NCBI GenBank assembly: GCA_002269645.1
Contig: NIVC01000629.1
Location: 438,390-502,389, forward strand
Reading direction: 5' to 3'
Length of the DNA stretch: 64,000 bases
DNA from: Macrostomum lignano
Taxonomy: Eukaryota
Below the pieces are notes generated by a model. That model searched no databases and was not told the DNA's origin. It saw nothing but the letters and a program-made list of their open reading frames with translations. This document shows, in pieces, positions 14,269 through 27,105 of this stretch; the stretch's first letter is position 1; every line of letters starts with the position of its first letter. A program made the translations under genes and the position numbers.

Positions 14269-14532
14269 GTCCTGGTGTGGACCCTCCGCAACGAGGACCG
14301 GTACATCGCGTGGACCTTCAGCCAGGACGGCTGGGCCGAGGCTGATTTCTTCGCCACCGAAGCTAAAATCGACGGCCTGATCACCGACTTTCCCAAGACG
14401 GTTCGTCGACTTGTGGATGACCGGTTCGCGTCGAGCGGCTCCAAAATTGGCTCACCATCTGGCGGCCTTCCGGCTCTGCTGGCTCTGGCTGCTGCTGCTG
14501 CGGCTTCTTGGAGCAGCTATTTGGCTGTATAA
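14269..14532 (+). CDS. GDPD exon 3 with putative GPI-anchor signal
   Basis: Acceptor CTCCCAG|GTC. Encodes VWTLRNE, DGLITDFP, a small-residue spacer (SSGS) and the hydrophobic tail LPALLALAAAAAASWSSYLAV*. The joined product is 382 aa. AATAAA lies near 14706. Confidence 0.88.
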   Translation, partial: VLVWTLRNEDRYIAWTFSQDGWAEADFFATEAKIDGLITDFPKTVRRLVDDRFASSGSKIGSPSGGLPALLALAAAAAASWSSYLAV

Positions 14533-15790
14533 AAGCAGCAAGACCAACAATGCGAATAATGTCAAATGAAAATATTCTAAGCGCACTACTATCATCGTTA
14601 GAAGCGAGTTTTTCTGCCTAAATGTTTGCGTTCCAGAAACACCTGTTTTACAAGAAAATATCTGCTAAGCATTCTAGAAAACTATCTAAAAATGCTCGAT
14701 AAACGAATAAATAAATTGATCGGCATAAAAAACTTTAAGTTTGTTTTAATTTTTTCGATTTAAAAAACTCTGCTACACAGTCTAGTGTTTTAAACAAATC
14801 CAATAGTTCTATTGTAATTACAATACACAATAGTTGACATAGACAGACTTACAGTTTTTCTGAGACCTTGAGTTCAGAAACAAACAGAGATGGTTTTAGA
14901 AGAATGCACTGAGTCATCCTTGCGTGGCGGACTCTGTCACTTACTAAAGCAAATTAAGCATAGTTTTTTTATACCAAACTTTGTAGGCTTAGTAAAACAA
15001 AAATTTTTGGGGCGGATTCAAAGAAACGCAATCGAATTCTGGACTGGCATTTTCCATTTTGATTGACAGCTGCAAATTGAAAAGCTAAGATTTCGTACCT
15101 TATCAAGTGCATGTACATAAATTTCGCTAACTTACAGAATGTACTTTTGTCTACTGGTGAGTCACCCAATTCACGCAGCTAAGTGTAGTGTACATTCGCG
15201 AACATAAGCCAAGTACATTGTTAGTGTACAGACACTGACACAACAAGTTTATAAGTACGATAAAGAGAATTAATCTGGTTCGCTGTAGTTGCAAAGAAAG
15301 CAAAGAGTGAGACTGACCAGTTTAGCTGTGCCGTCATGCTGCACGCCGAGAAAAAAATAGTTTAATCAACAAAATATTCTATACAATTCGTTGACTGGCG
15401 TGAGCTGTGAAAATCAATTAGAAATAGAAATGGCCTGAAATAGTTGTCTATTAGGATTGATTATTATAGTGCTACTAACAGTAGGATTTCTAGTCTAACA
15501 ATTCACCCATTCCTCTGGCCACTGAGTACTCGTACACACGCTAACACAGGCTGTACAAGCTCACACAGGGTGTAAACACACAAGCTTACGCAGGGTGTAC
15601 ACAAGCTCACACATGGTGTACACACACGCCCTTTGAATCGCCTTCAAGGGCGAGAATCGCCCGACGATCTTTGACTTCTGTACTCTCTCGTCTACTCCTA
15701 AGCAGTCCCTGATAGAAATTCAGTCCAACTGTTCAACAGACGTCCTTGCACATCCGTGAAACGCAATGCGGCTGTCGGGGTCGCCAAGGC

Positions 15791-15905
15791 TCAGCAGACC
15801 GGCCGGGAGACGTCGTCGTCTTCATCGTCGTCGGTCTGACGGCGTCTCGGCGATCCGCTGATAGGAGGCATTGGCGACTGACGGACTGGCAGGGTGGCAT
15901 AGGCC

Positions 15906-15951
<46 letters not shown>

Positions 15952-16326
15952 CGAACACCGGTGCTGGCGAGTGCAGCCGACCGACTGGGCGCAGCTCGAC
16001 CCCGTGCGGCGGCAGCGGCGGCGGCAGGAAGCCGACGGAATGATCGACAACGCCCTCCTCCTCCGGTATGCCCAGGTACTGGTGGTGTCGCGACGCCGAT
16101 TTTATCGACATCTGAGGCAAGGGAAGCTGGTGTTGCTGCTGCTGCTGCTGCTGCTGCGGCTGCTGATGATGCTGAAGCTGCGGCGTCATGACCCGCCGCG
16201 GCAGGGTGCCACCAGCGACTGCCGGCGAAGAGTTCAGCGCCATGGCCATGGAGCCAGGGGCGTGGTGATGCTGGAAACTTGGGTGATGATGAAGCCCCTG
16301 CCTGCCTGCGGCGCCAAACAGGTGGC
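15791..16326 (-). CDS. Protocadherin exon 3 (His/Gln/Pro-rich cytoplasmic tail)
   Basis: Acceptor TTTTTGCAG|G in phase 1 matches the end of exon 2. The frame is open with polyQ tracts to ...DDDVSRPVC*. Confidence 0.72.
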
Positions 16327-16384
16327 CTGCAAAAATTGCGATGGTTTTCGAATCACCAAATGATGGATGCTTCACACGGTATCT

Positions 16385-16720
16385 TAGTTGCTAAGGGTCA
16401 GTTGCTAAGGACCAGTTGCTAAGGGTCAGTTGCCAATGAAAAGTTGCTAATGACCAAGTTGCTAAGGACGAGTTGCTAAGGACGAGTTGCTATGGACCGG
16501 TTGCCATGGACCGGTTGCTAAAGACCAGTTGCTATGGACCAGTTGCTAAGGGTCAGTTGCCAATCAAAAGTTGCTAATGACCAAGTTGCTAAGGACGAGT
16601 TGCTAAGGACCAGTTGCTATGGACCGGTTGCTAAAGACCAGTTGCTATGGACCAGTTGCTAAGGGCCATTTGCTAAGGACCAGTTGCTTAGACCAGTTGC
16701 TAAGGCCCAGTTGCTAAGGA
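16385..16720. repeat. ~14-bp intronic minisatellite (TTGCTAAGGACCAG)
   Basis: Degenerate tandem copies fill protocadherin intron 2. Confidence 0.9.
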
Positions 16721-16732
16721 CAACAAGCTCAC

Positions 16733-16808
16733 CAGCGGGATCATCTTCACTGCCTCCGCGTCCCGAATCAGCGCTGTCGCCGTCCAAATCCTGCTGATTG
16801 ATCACCAC
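16733..16808 (-). CDS. Protocadherin exon 2 (76 nt; CM1-like DSGRGGSE motif)
   Basis: TTTGTCCTCGCAG|GTGGTG...GCTG|GTGAGC encodes VVINQQDLDGDSADSGRGGSEDDPA. Entry is phase 0 and exit is phase 1, consistent with both neighbours. The exon is too short for the ORF track. Confidence 0.8.
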
Positions 16809-17945
16809 CTGCGAGGACAAAAATAAATTGGGCGCCTGGAAGTCGGTGCGGGTCAGTCAATCGTTCCGACTAGCGGCTGTAATTGGAAGAAAACTTCCAG
16901 ACAGCCAGCGAAATTCTACGAGTGTTGCCCTTTCCCCGCAGGCGCATGCACTTGGCTCTGCAGCTTCATCATCCTCAGCATCATCAATGCGGGAAGTGGC
17001 GCTGACTCTTCAGATTTCAGCTACCGGCCTCTCTGTCTTCACGTGCCAATAAGCTTTGGCATTTTCCCGGCTTCCATCTATCCGTCCGGTAGGGGTGAAG
17101 CAGCGCTCGGCTAGGCCGGTATTTCTACAAGAGAGTTTTTCCCTCCCAGGAAGGAGGCCCAGCGATATTAATCTCCCTTTCCTGGCCAGAGGAAAGTCCA
17201 CAGCAAGTTGCGCGTAAAGCAGCAGCACCAAATAGCGGTGATGCTCTCAGCATACTACTATACACTTACCCATTCCTATAAATGGCAGAATTATTGGTCA
17301 GCAGTTGTTATCTTACCGGGATAAGTTGGCGGCCACTGGGGGAATGGTGCGGATTAAAAGCGCTGCTAGGAGGCTGAAGATTTTACGCAAATTTCGCCCT
17401 CAACCCCCCGCAGGTTCGGGGCCAGTTAGGGAGATCTGCTTTCCTCCTTAGCGGCAGGGCCAGGAAAGAGGAAAGTGCAGCGCAAGACTACAAGCGCACA
17501 ATGAAGCCAATCAAATGTCAGCTGTCAGTGGGCCCCCAAATCCTGAGTGCGAGGATCAAGGATGTTGGAATTGTTTTTTAGCCTCGAAGGATTATTTAAG
17601 ATTTGCTGGTAAATTGATTGCCACCTCGCAAGGCTCGGCAACTACTATTAATGATTTTGCTTTGCCTAGTAATCATTGCCTAGGAATGTCTGAAGCGCTG
17701 CGAAGATATGAGCCAAACCAGAATGGAACACGTAGCCTAAGTGACTCTATAATTTCATGCATAGCAACAGGTGTCCAAGGCGCCACTCCGATGCAAAAAC
17801 ATAACGGTTTTAAGCGACCCGATTGAAGTTCTTCAGGGTCAGCTAATCAATTTGACCTCTCTTCGATCAACCACTGAAAGAACGGGCTCGAAACTGATTC
17901 TTTTTTTAGAAGCGCATTAGACTGAATCGAATCCCAGCTGCTCAC

Positions 17946-20839
17946 CTCATTTCTCAGCTCCATCATTTGCGGCCTGAGCTCGCACGCGCTGCCAGCCTGG
18001 TTGAATGTTGTCAGAGCGAACTGGTGATGATGCGAGCCGTTCGCCGGACCGCCGATCCCGCCGCAGAGCCTGCCGTAGGTTGCCGCTGACTCGGCCTCGT
18101 CGCACTGGCAGCAGCCACCGCCGCCGACTCCGCTGATGTCCTTGTCGCAGCCGACTCCGCAACCGCCCGAGCTGCTGCCGCCAGCCCGACATCCCGGCCC
18201 AGTTGCCATTAAGATGTCCCCGGCTGGCGAGATGTCGTAATCGTTTCCGCGTCCACGACGCCGGACGCAGACGATGGCCAGGACCAGGACCACGCTGATC
18301 ACCGCGGTGGCTATCACCATGGCAACGATGATCGCCAGGTTGGCCTGTGCGTCGCGCAGCTGGCCGATGCCGTGGCCGGGAAGGCGCACCGCGTTGACAA
18401 CCAAGCGGGCGTAGGCCACGCGGTTGATCGGCCCGTTGTCGTCAGCGCGCAGGGACAGCTCGTACCTGCCCGGCTGCGGCGGGCGCAGCGGCCTCAGCCT
18501 GCCGGACAGCCGGTCCAGCGAGAACACTCCACCGGATCCGCCCGCCAGCGAGTAGGTCACGTTGCTGAGCGAATCCCGGTCGCGAGCTTCAACTCGAGTG
18601 ACCTCGACCAGGTCGCTAGAGAAAGTGTAGTTAACCACAAAGTCGGTGTTGCTTGGAAAAACCCATTCGGGATCGTTGTCGTTCTCGTCAACGAGTTCCA
18701 CGGTGATGTGCGCCGTGGAGTTCAGCGGCTGCGGGGCGGCCCGGTTGTAAGCCATGACGGTGAGCGCGAACGATTCATAAGTCTCTCGGTCGAGGTGGCC
18801 GCGACTGGAGATGACGCCGTTCTCGCTGAGGCTAATCGGCCACTGGTTCGGATCGCTGAAGGCCACCTCGGGATCAAGCAGGGACCTGCGCGAGTCCAAG
18901 TAGTCCTTGGCCGGGGGGCGCCTGCCGACCACGGAGAGCAGCCGGTAGAAGACGTCGGCGTTGATGCCCTGGTCCGGGTCCCGGTGAGCCAGTCGGTTCG
19001 CACCGGTTGGCCAGGACAGAGCTGGAGTCTCCATCGGGCAGTTCTCGCGTAGTCGGAACACCAGAGGCGGTTGGATTATCGGGGGATTATCGTTCACGTC
19101 AATCACACTGAGAGTGAGGGTGACGCTGGCGCTGTGCTGCGTGCCGTTGAAGCCTTGGGCGTCCCGCAGAACCACAACGAATTGCATGAGATCCCCGGTG
19201 CTCGGGTCCATCGTGTCTCTGTCTACGGTGGACCGAACTCGCAGCTGCGCCTGGCCGACGGTGGCCGCCAGACCTTCGTCAAACAGCGACGCCTCAGTGC
19301 GCACCTCGAACAGGGCCATCGCCGCTGCGTCTTGCAGCTCGAAAGTCAACGAATCGTCCCTGTCACGATCCGTGGCCATCAGACTGAAGACCGACTCGCC
19401 AATGTTGTTCCCGCTGTTTCCGTACGTCTCCTTCATCGCGTTGAAGTAGTTGGTCACGGAAAACTGCGGCTCGAACTCGTTGACGCCCCTGATGAACACC
19501 GGAACGTTTTGGCTGGAGTTCTGCATCGGCTGGCCAAAGTCGCGACAGTCGATGCGCACGGAGATTTTGCGCCGCTCCTCGTAGTCGACGGCGACAACGA
19601 GCTTGAGGGTGTAGCCACCCTTGTCGCTGCCGTCCAGCTGAAAGAAGCGCCTCTCGGCGGGACTGCCGGCCAGTTTGCATTCGACCCGAGCGTTCTCGCC
19701 CAGATCGTCGTCGGAGACAACCACCAGAGCTAGATAGGCCGGTGCGACGTTTCAGATATCACTATTCGGTCGCTGTTGTCTGTCATCGGTATGATGTTGA
19801 TCGCTGGCTCGTGGTCATTCGCATCGATGACGCGGAAGCTGAACTTGGCCAGAGTGCGCTTGCTGGGGTTGCCACCGTCCGAGACGAGCACCCCGACCTC
19901 GTAGCTGCTGCGAGTCTTCGCGTTCAACGGTCGTCGGAGTGTCACCCGGCCCGCCCGGTCCACGTCTAGCAGGTTGGCTAGTTCCGGGTCCAGGATGGCG
20001 AACTCCAGCCGACCGTTCGACCCGCTGTCCCTATCGTGCGCCTCGATGGTGGCCACCAGACCGCCGATGTTGAGCGTCTCCGGCACGTCCTGCACTCGCA
20101 CCGCCGTCACGTTGGGCGCGTTATCGTTGCGGTCCTTCACCTGCACGATGAGGCGCTGGTGGCCGCAGCGCGGCTCCCGACCGCCGTCGCAGGCAGTGAG
20201 GGTCAGGTTGTACTGTTTCTGCTCCTCGTAGTCAATCACAGGCGGGCTGGTGGGGTTCAGCACCAGGCTCAGGAAGCCCGGGATACTCGTGTCCAGAGCG
20301 AAAGCTCCACCACCGTTGTCAGTGAGGTAGTAGCTGCCCTTCCTCGCCATGCCGTTGTCCCCGATGTCAGCGTCCGTCGCCTGATCAAGCGGATGGCTGA
20401 ACCGGGTGTCGCCCTCCTCGATTGATAGCACCTTCTGTGCGTCCTTGAACACTGGCTCGTTGTCGTTGATGTCCTCGACGGTGATGCGGACCAGGACGCG
20501 GTCGGCTCCGCGAAAGGCGTTAAACTCCACGACGCAGGGTGGCGAACCCAGACAGGCGGCCGGGTCCTCGCGGTCGATGGGCCGGCTGACCCGGACATGG
20601 CCGTCCTTGTCCACCGTGAAGTAGGGCGACTGAGGCACGATTCTGAAGGTGCCACCGCCGCCGCCCAGACTCTTCAAGAGGTTGCCGATGCTGGCCTGGC
20701 TGGGCGTCTCCTCCGCCACGCTGAAGGCAACGTCTGCGGCTGTCCGCACGGGGCTGGGGCGGCCAAGGCTTAGCAGGATGAAGAGGAGAGCAACATCGGA
20801 GCCTGATTTGATGAGGCCGAGAGGCTGAGGCGGTCGCAT
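17946..20839 (-). CDS. Protocadherin (delta-like, 7 cadherin repeats + TM) exon 1; 1-nt frameshift at ~19750
   Basis: Signal peptide, linkers DINDNEP/DRNDNAP/DANDHEP/GVNEFEP/DVNDNPP/DENDNDP, then TM AIIVAMVIATAVISVVLVLAIVCV. Adding one A at GAA-A(A)C joins the ORFs 19730-20839 and 17847-19724 as ISENVAPAYLALVVVSDDD. Phase-0 donor GAG|GTGAGC at 17946. The reconstructed protein is ~1168 aa. Confidence 0.93.
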
Positions 20840-20902
20840 GACTGCCTCTGAGCTGCCGATCGGGTTATTTTTAGCGAGTCTTTGTCAGGGTTTGGCTGAG
20901 TT

Positions 20903-20920
20903 CTGAAAGGATAGGAGACA
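20903..20920 (-). promoter_or_regulatory. Splice acceptor upstream of the protocadherin ATG
   Basis: Minus strand TGTCTCCTATCCTTTCAG| lies 63 nt before the ATG at 20839. Confidence 0.5.
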
Positions 20921-23114
20921 TCGAACGAATTGCTTTTAAATTCAGGCGATCTTTCAATATCTGAATTTAGTCTGTACTTTTATTCGCTGAAACCTATGAA
21001 GAACGGAAGCTTACGAGCTACTGGGATAAAAGCCGGGAGACGGTGAGGCTTGCCACTAAAAAAATAACAAAGCTAATGAGTGCGCTAATTTGCAGTGACA
21101 GTGCTGCAGCTGGCGATGATGTGGGTGTGTTGAAGCCTCCGCAGTCCCCACTACCAGTTGCTGACAGCAGATCCTCTCGTTTATGGAATCCCATCTTAAC
21201 AACAGCAAACAGTAGCTAAACAGGATTTCCTTCAGCGGCAAAAACCCGAGGTAGGTGGGACTGAAAGACGGATTCTGCATCAGGCTTTGGGCTTTGGCTT
21301 TTAACTTTGTCAATTTCCTGTAGAAATTTGTCCTCTACTAAAATAAAAAGACAACAAACGATTTCGCTAGATAGTTTGACTTCAAGGAAAACAATACGGA
21401 CAAAGTGTGCAACTGCCTGGGGGTTGAGCGGTCGCACCGGCCGACTTAGCGACACAGTTCTTGCCTGGCCGGATGGCGGCAGCCGGAAGTGAGACCAAAT
21501 GGGAGAGGATTAGAAGGACGTCGGATTGGGAGAGAAGCATCGAGACGCAGACAGACAGACGGGGAGGGGAGGGAAGTGCTGTTCTCACACTTGAACGAGC
21601 AGTTCACAGGAATTTTTAATCAACTGTGAATGAGCGCAGGCTGGCAGACGGACAAGTAAGCGAGGCCAGCGGTCAATCCAGGCTGGACCTGGCATATTAT
21701 GATTAGCTCAGAGGCCTCTAACAGAGCTGACCTGCTCTGATGGCAGCTGATTTTCACGTGCTCTCTGACGCGGAAATCAAGTCCCAGCCTAAGCGTCTCG
21801 GCTGCTTGGATTTGCAATGTGAGCGAGAGAGAGAGAGAGAAATCTTCTCCTAGAAGAAGCAGAGAGGCAAGAAGAGAGCCACCGCCCGCCTCCCCCCCCC
21901 CTGTCACAATTCGGCGGCAGCGTGTATTTGAGCAGCTTAATTGGCTCTCAAGTGGCTGATTGCGCAACGGGTCGACAGCAGGGGAGGGGGCGCAGGTCGC
22001 ACAGGCCGAGAGATCAAGCGAGGAGATTGCAGCTTCGAGCTCCAATTTAGGCATTTGCGGCCTGGCAACTGATCATTGTCTCGGGTCTCAAGGCTTTATG
22101 GGCTGCCGCCTATGGAGGGGCGACCAAGCGGAGACGGGAGAGCACAGGAGGAAAGTGTAGCGTTGCTGAGCCTAGAGGAAGAAGAGCCCAATTAAGAGTC
22201 TTGGCTTGTTGAAAAGATTTTTTTCTTTCAATTTCTAGAGACCTCCAGAGCGCGCCATACAAGGAGGCAAATGGGGATTGCTGAAGCTGTGTTTGTTGAG
22301 ATAACACGCCCGCCAAGCCCCAGCAGCAGAAGAGACCACCGAGCCCATGTTGAAACACTTTCCCCGCTAATTTTTCCTTGTTAAAAAGAAGTGGCAAGGC
22401 TGTGAGACTGACAGGTGCAACAAACCAACACCCGCTGGGAGAAATCTGAGGAGACTGCAAACTTGTTTCGTCTTGTTTTGAAAAGGTGGAACAGGACCTG
22501 TGCGGGACCGGTTTCGGATTCCCTGCAGCCAAAGCACGGATAAAGTGTTTCACAAAATCCCACAGACTCAGATATTTATCAGCGGACAGGATTGGTTGTT
22601 GACGAATACAGGCCACTTGAAACTGAACTTGACACGAATGCTGTTGCATAACAACCGGCCTGACACTCCAGGGAAGCCAGCCGTTGGCTTCGCCGGGAAT
22701 AAAGAAACACCTCAAACCAGACAATGAAAGGTCAACGCGTCCGTTCTCGCGTCTCATTGATGGGACGTCTGTCTCAAAGCGTAACTCCCCAAGTGATTGG
22801 CAGTCTCTCTAATTGTCCCCTCTGCTGCACGGGGTCGGGAACTCTCCCACTGGCTAAGCGAGGCCGCGACCCCAACAGCAGCAGCGGCAGCAGCTAACCG
22901 ATTCTCTAGCAGGCCAACGCCATCCATCCACAGATTTGGCCACTTGACCCGATGTTGATGACAGCTGAAGGAGCTGCGGGTTGAACTGCCGTGACTTCCC
23001 CGTTCAGTCTCTACAGCTCTGCGCGCGCAAAGGGTTCAAGTCATTGGTTAGTTCTGCGCCTGGCAATCTAAACTATGGCAATCCAGTTCGCCTGGGTAAG
23101 GCATTAATTAGTTA

Positions 23115-23761
<647 letters not shown>

Positions 23762-24339
23762 TTATCTTCTCGGCTGTGTTCCCTCTCTCTCCCTCCCTCG
23801 CATCGATAGGACCTGAGCACAGTCGAGTGAGCAGACAGACAGCAGATGAAAAATATTTCACTAACTAACCAACGGTAACGAGCCCGTAGAGAAGAAATTC
23901 CATCGCCGTTTCGAGCAACTTCTGCTGCAGCAGCCACTGAGGAGGAAAAAGTCCGCGCCACTCCCAACCGATCGATGCCCGAAGCGACCCCGCGGTGAAG
24001 CGCTGCATCCGTACTGGTGCGGCTAACACAGACTCCCAGAGCAGTCTGATGCAGCGGCACTGCTCAGTCACTGCTCAGCCAGCAGCTCGATACAGAAATC
24101 AATTTGCAGTTTAGAACTTTGGCTTAACAATGGGACCGAGTTATTCGATTTCTTGAACGTTTTTTCTTCTAATTCAGAAGGTAGCGCTTGCGGCATGGGA
24201 GTTGGACTTTTGTCACGGCTTCCACAGCGCCGATGCTGGGGTGATTCAACAGAATTAGCCTAATTTTCAGTGCACTTTTGTGAATTAAGGAATTTTCATA
24301 TTTTGCTCATTTTCACTCTGATAGGCGAAGGTTTACTTT

Positions 24340-24802
24340 GAGAGTGAGATGCACACACTGGGAGAGTGAGATGCACACAGTGAAGGAGAGTGAGATGCAC
24401 ACACTGCAGGAGAGTGGGATGCACACAGTGAAGGAGAGTGAGATGCACACACTGCAGAAGAGTGAGATGCACACACCGCAGGAGAGTGAGATGCACACAC
24501 TGGGAGAGTGAGATGCACACAGTGAAGGAGAGTGAGATGCACACACTGCAGGAGAGTGGGATGCACACAGTGAAGGAGAGTGAGATGCACACACTGCAGG
24601 AGAGTGGGATGCACACAGTGAAGGAGAGTGAGATGCACACACTGCAGAAGAGTGAGATGCACACACCGCAGGAGAGTGAGATGCACACACTGGGAGAGTG
24701 AGATGCACACAGTGAAGGAGAGTGAGATGCACACACTGCAGGAGAGTGGGATGCACACAGTGAAGGAGAGTGAGATGCACACAGTGAAGGAGAGTGAGAT
24801 GC
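24340..24802. repeat. 22-25-bp minisatellite (GAGAGTGAGATGCACACAC...) with a 190-bp higher-order duplication
   Basis: The diagnostic variant ACACACCGCAGG occurs at 24471 and 24661. Confidence 0.9.
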
Positions 24803-25516
24803 AGACCGGTAGGCAGACAGTTGTCATTCCTGTAAAACAATGCCCAAAAGCCACCTGCACCCAACCCGTAAGTCCCAAAGCTTGCCATGCTGATGAATGC
24901 TCAGGCCTGAGGTAGAAACCAAATTTAATATTCAGCTGAGCACTGGGGGGACACGGAAATGATGAGCAGAGAGTAGAGGGGGGTGGCGCACCACCAGTTG
25001 CTTCCATATCACAGCGGCGTGAGTTCCATCTCGCAGAAGGTAGACTTTTTACAAGCAATCGTGTTGCTGCAGGACCAGAATTTTACCAATCGTTTGCAAG
25101 CTGACGTGTTTGGCCTCATCCTATTGAAATTATTTTATTCTAAAAACTCAGTTAGAGGGCTATGGCGCGGAGGTGGAGCTTGGGGTGGGTTTGCATGATT
25201 GATGCAGCTGGGACTACTAGTCTACTACATCGGAGTGGGCCTGCAGCTCGCTGTTTCCTACCAACATTTTTATCCATCTGTTCAATGCTGGCAAGATTGA
25301 TGAATTAAAAATTTGAATGCTTCTGAAACTGGGCGACTCTCCATTCGTTTTGACACTAATGAGAACAATTATAGGCTATCGAGAGAAGGGAGAGAGTTGA
25401 TGGCGATAATGCCGTTGCCTGCCGATATGTTGCGTTGCATGGTTATTTTTTCGGGGTGGGCAATCAGGCAGACACTCACACAGGGCCAACTGTCCGCGCT
25501 CAATCCAAAATGAATT

Positions 25517-25551
25517 TGGCCAAGCCGCCGAATCGAACCCGGGACCTTTAG
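25517..25551 (-). pseudogene. tRNA-like 3' half (variable loop, T-loop/B box)
   Basis: The minus strand reads CTAAAGGTCCCGGGTTCGATTCGGCGGCTTGGCCA. The T-stem is imperfect and the 5' half is replaced by (CAGA)n. Confidence 0.45.
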
Positions 25552-25860
<309 letters not shown>

Positions 25861-26374
25861 ACGATGTCGTATGCTCCAATTTAGCAACCTATTTCCCGAG
25901 TAAATTGAATCAAGCGACTTTTTGCTAATTTTTCTCGCTCTGTTGCGTAACTCCAGCCGGCACCAGCTCCCGAGATTTTGGGATTCAAGCGGCCAGGCTG
26001 TGGTCGCGAGGGTAAAAGTAACTTTTTTGCTAATTGCTCCGCTCCTGGCTGCACCTAACAAGGCCAATTGTCTGTCTGCTCCCCAGAAGCAGAGTCTGAG
26101 TAGCTTGAGTCCGGCTTGTTGTTGGCAAACAGTGCCGCCAACTGGTCTGGGTGGGGATATGAAATACAGAAATCCACCCGATTCCCGTGGGACACTGGGC
26201 TCGGTCTGAGTCACTCCGAGTCCGAGCTCGGAGGTAGCGAACGGGAAAATATTTGCCCGGAGACCCGGCGGCTGATGGGGGGGCGGAATTCCTGACAGAA
26301 ATTGTCCCAAAGTTAGCATAAATCGGTAGTAACGGGTGCTGGGAGTTGCCTCTGATTGCTTGAGAATTTTGTCC

Positions 26375-27105
26375 TTGTGTCTGTCTCAGTGTCTGCCTTA
26401 GTGTCTGGCTCAGTGTCTGTCTCAGTGTCTGCCTCAGTGTCTGTCCCAGTGTCTGTCTCAGTGTCTGTCCCAGTGTCTGTCTCAGTGTCTGTCTCAGTGT
26501 CTGTCTCAGTGTCTGCCTCAGTGTCTGTCTCAGTGTCTGCCTCAGTGTCTGTCCCAGTGTCTGTCTCAGTGTCTGTCCCAGTGTCTGTCTCAGTGTCTGT
26601 CTCAGTGTCTGTCTCAGTGTCTGTCTCAGTGTCTGTCTCAGTGTCTGTCTCAGTGTCTGTCTCAGTGTCTGTCTCAGTGTCTGTCCCAGTGTCTGTCTCA
26701 GTGTCTGTCTCAGTGTCTGTCTCAGTGTCTGTCTCAGTGTCTGCCTCAGTGTCTGCCTCAGTGTCTGTCCCAGTGTCTGTCTCAGTGTCTGTCCCAGTGT
26801 CTGTCTCAGTGTCTGTCTCAGTGTCTGTCTCAGTGTCTGTCTCAGTGTCTGCCTCAGTGTCTGTCTCAGTGTCTGTCTCAGTGTCTGTCTCAGTGTCTGT
26901 CTCAGTGTCTGTCTTAGTGTCTGTCTCAGTGTCTGTCTCAGTGTCTGTCTTAGTGTCTGTCTCAGTGTCTGATTCAGTGTCTGCTTTAGTGTCTGTCTCA
27001 GTGTCTGTCTCAGTGTCTGCCTTAGTGTCTGTCTCAGTGTCTGCCTTAGTGTCTGTCTCAGTGTCTGCCTTAGTGTCTGTCTCAGTGTCTGCCTTAGTGT
27101 CTGAT
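26375..27105. repeat. 12-bp minisatellite (GTGTCTGTCTCA)
   Basis: About 60 tandem copies. Confidence 0.96.

Noticed and set aside
17847-17945. ORF-track C-terminus VSSWDSIQ...ERSN* of the protocadherin
   Set aside because: It follows a consensus GAG|GTGAGC donor, and phase-compatible downstream exons exist, so it is probably intron read-through (a short isoform is not excluded).
18372-20655. Plus-strand and alternate-frame ORFs over the protocadherin
   Set aside because: Shadow ORFs of a GC-rich coding exon.
24885-24920. CTGATGA...GAAA spacing like a hammerhead
   Set aside because: Stem II is poor and no stems I/III could be formed.
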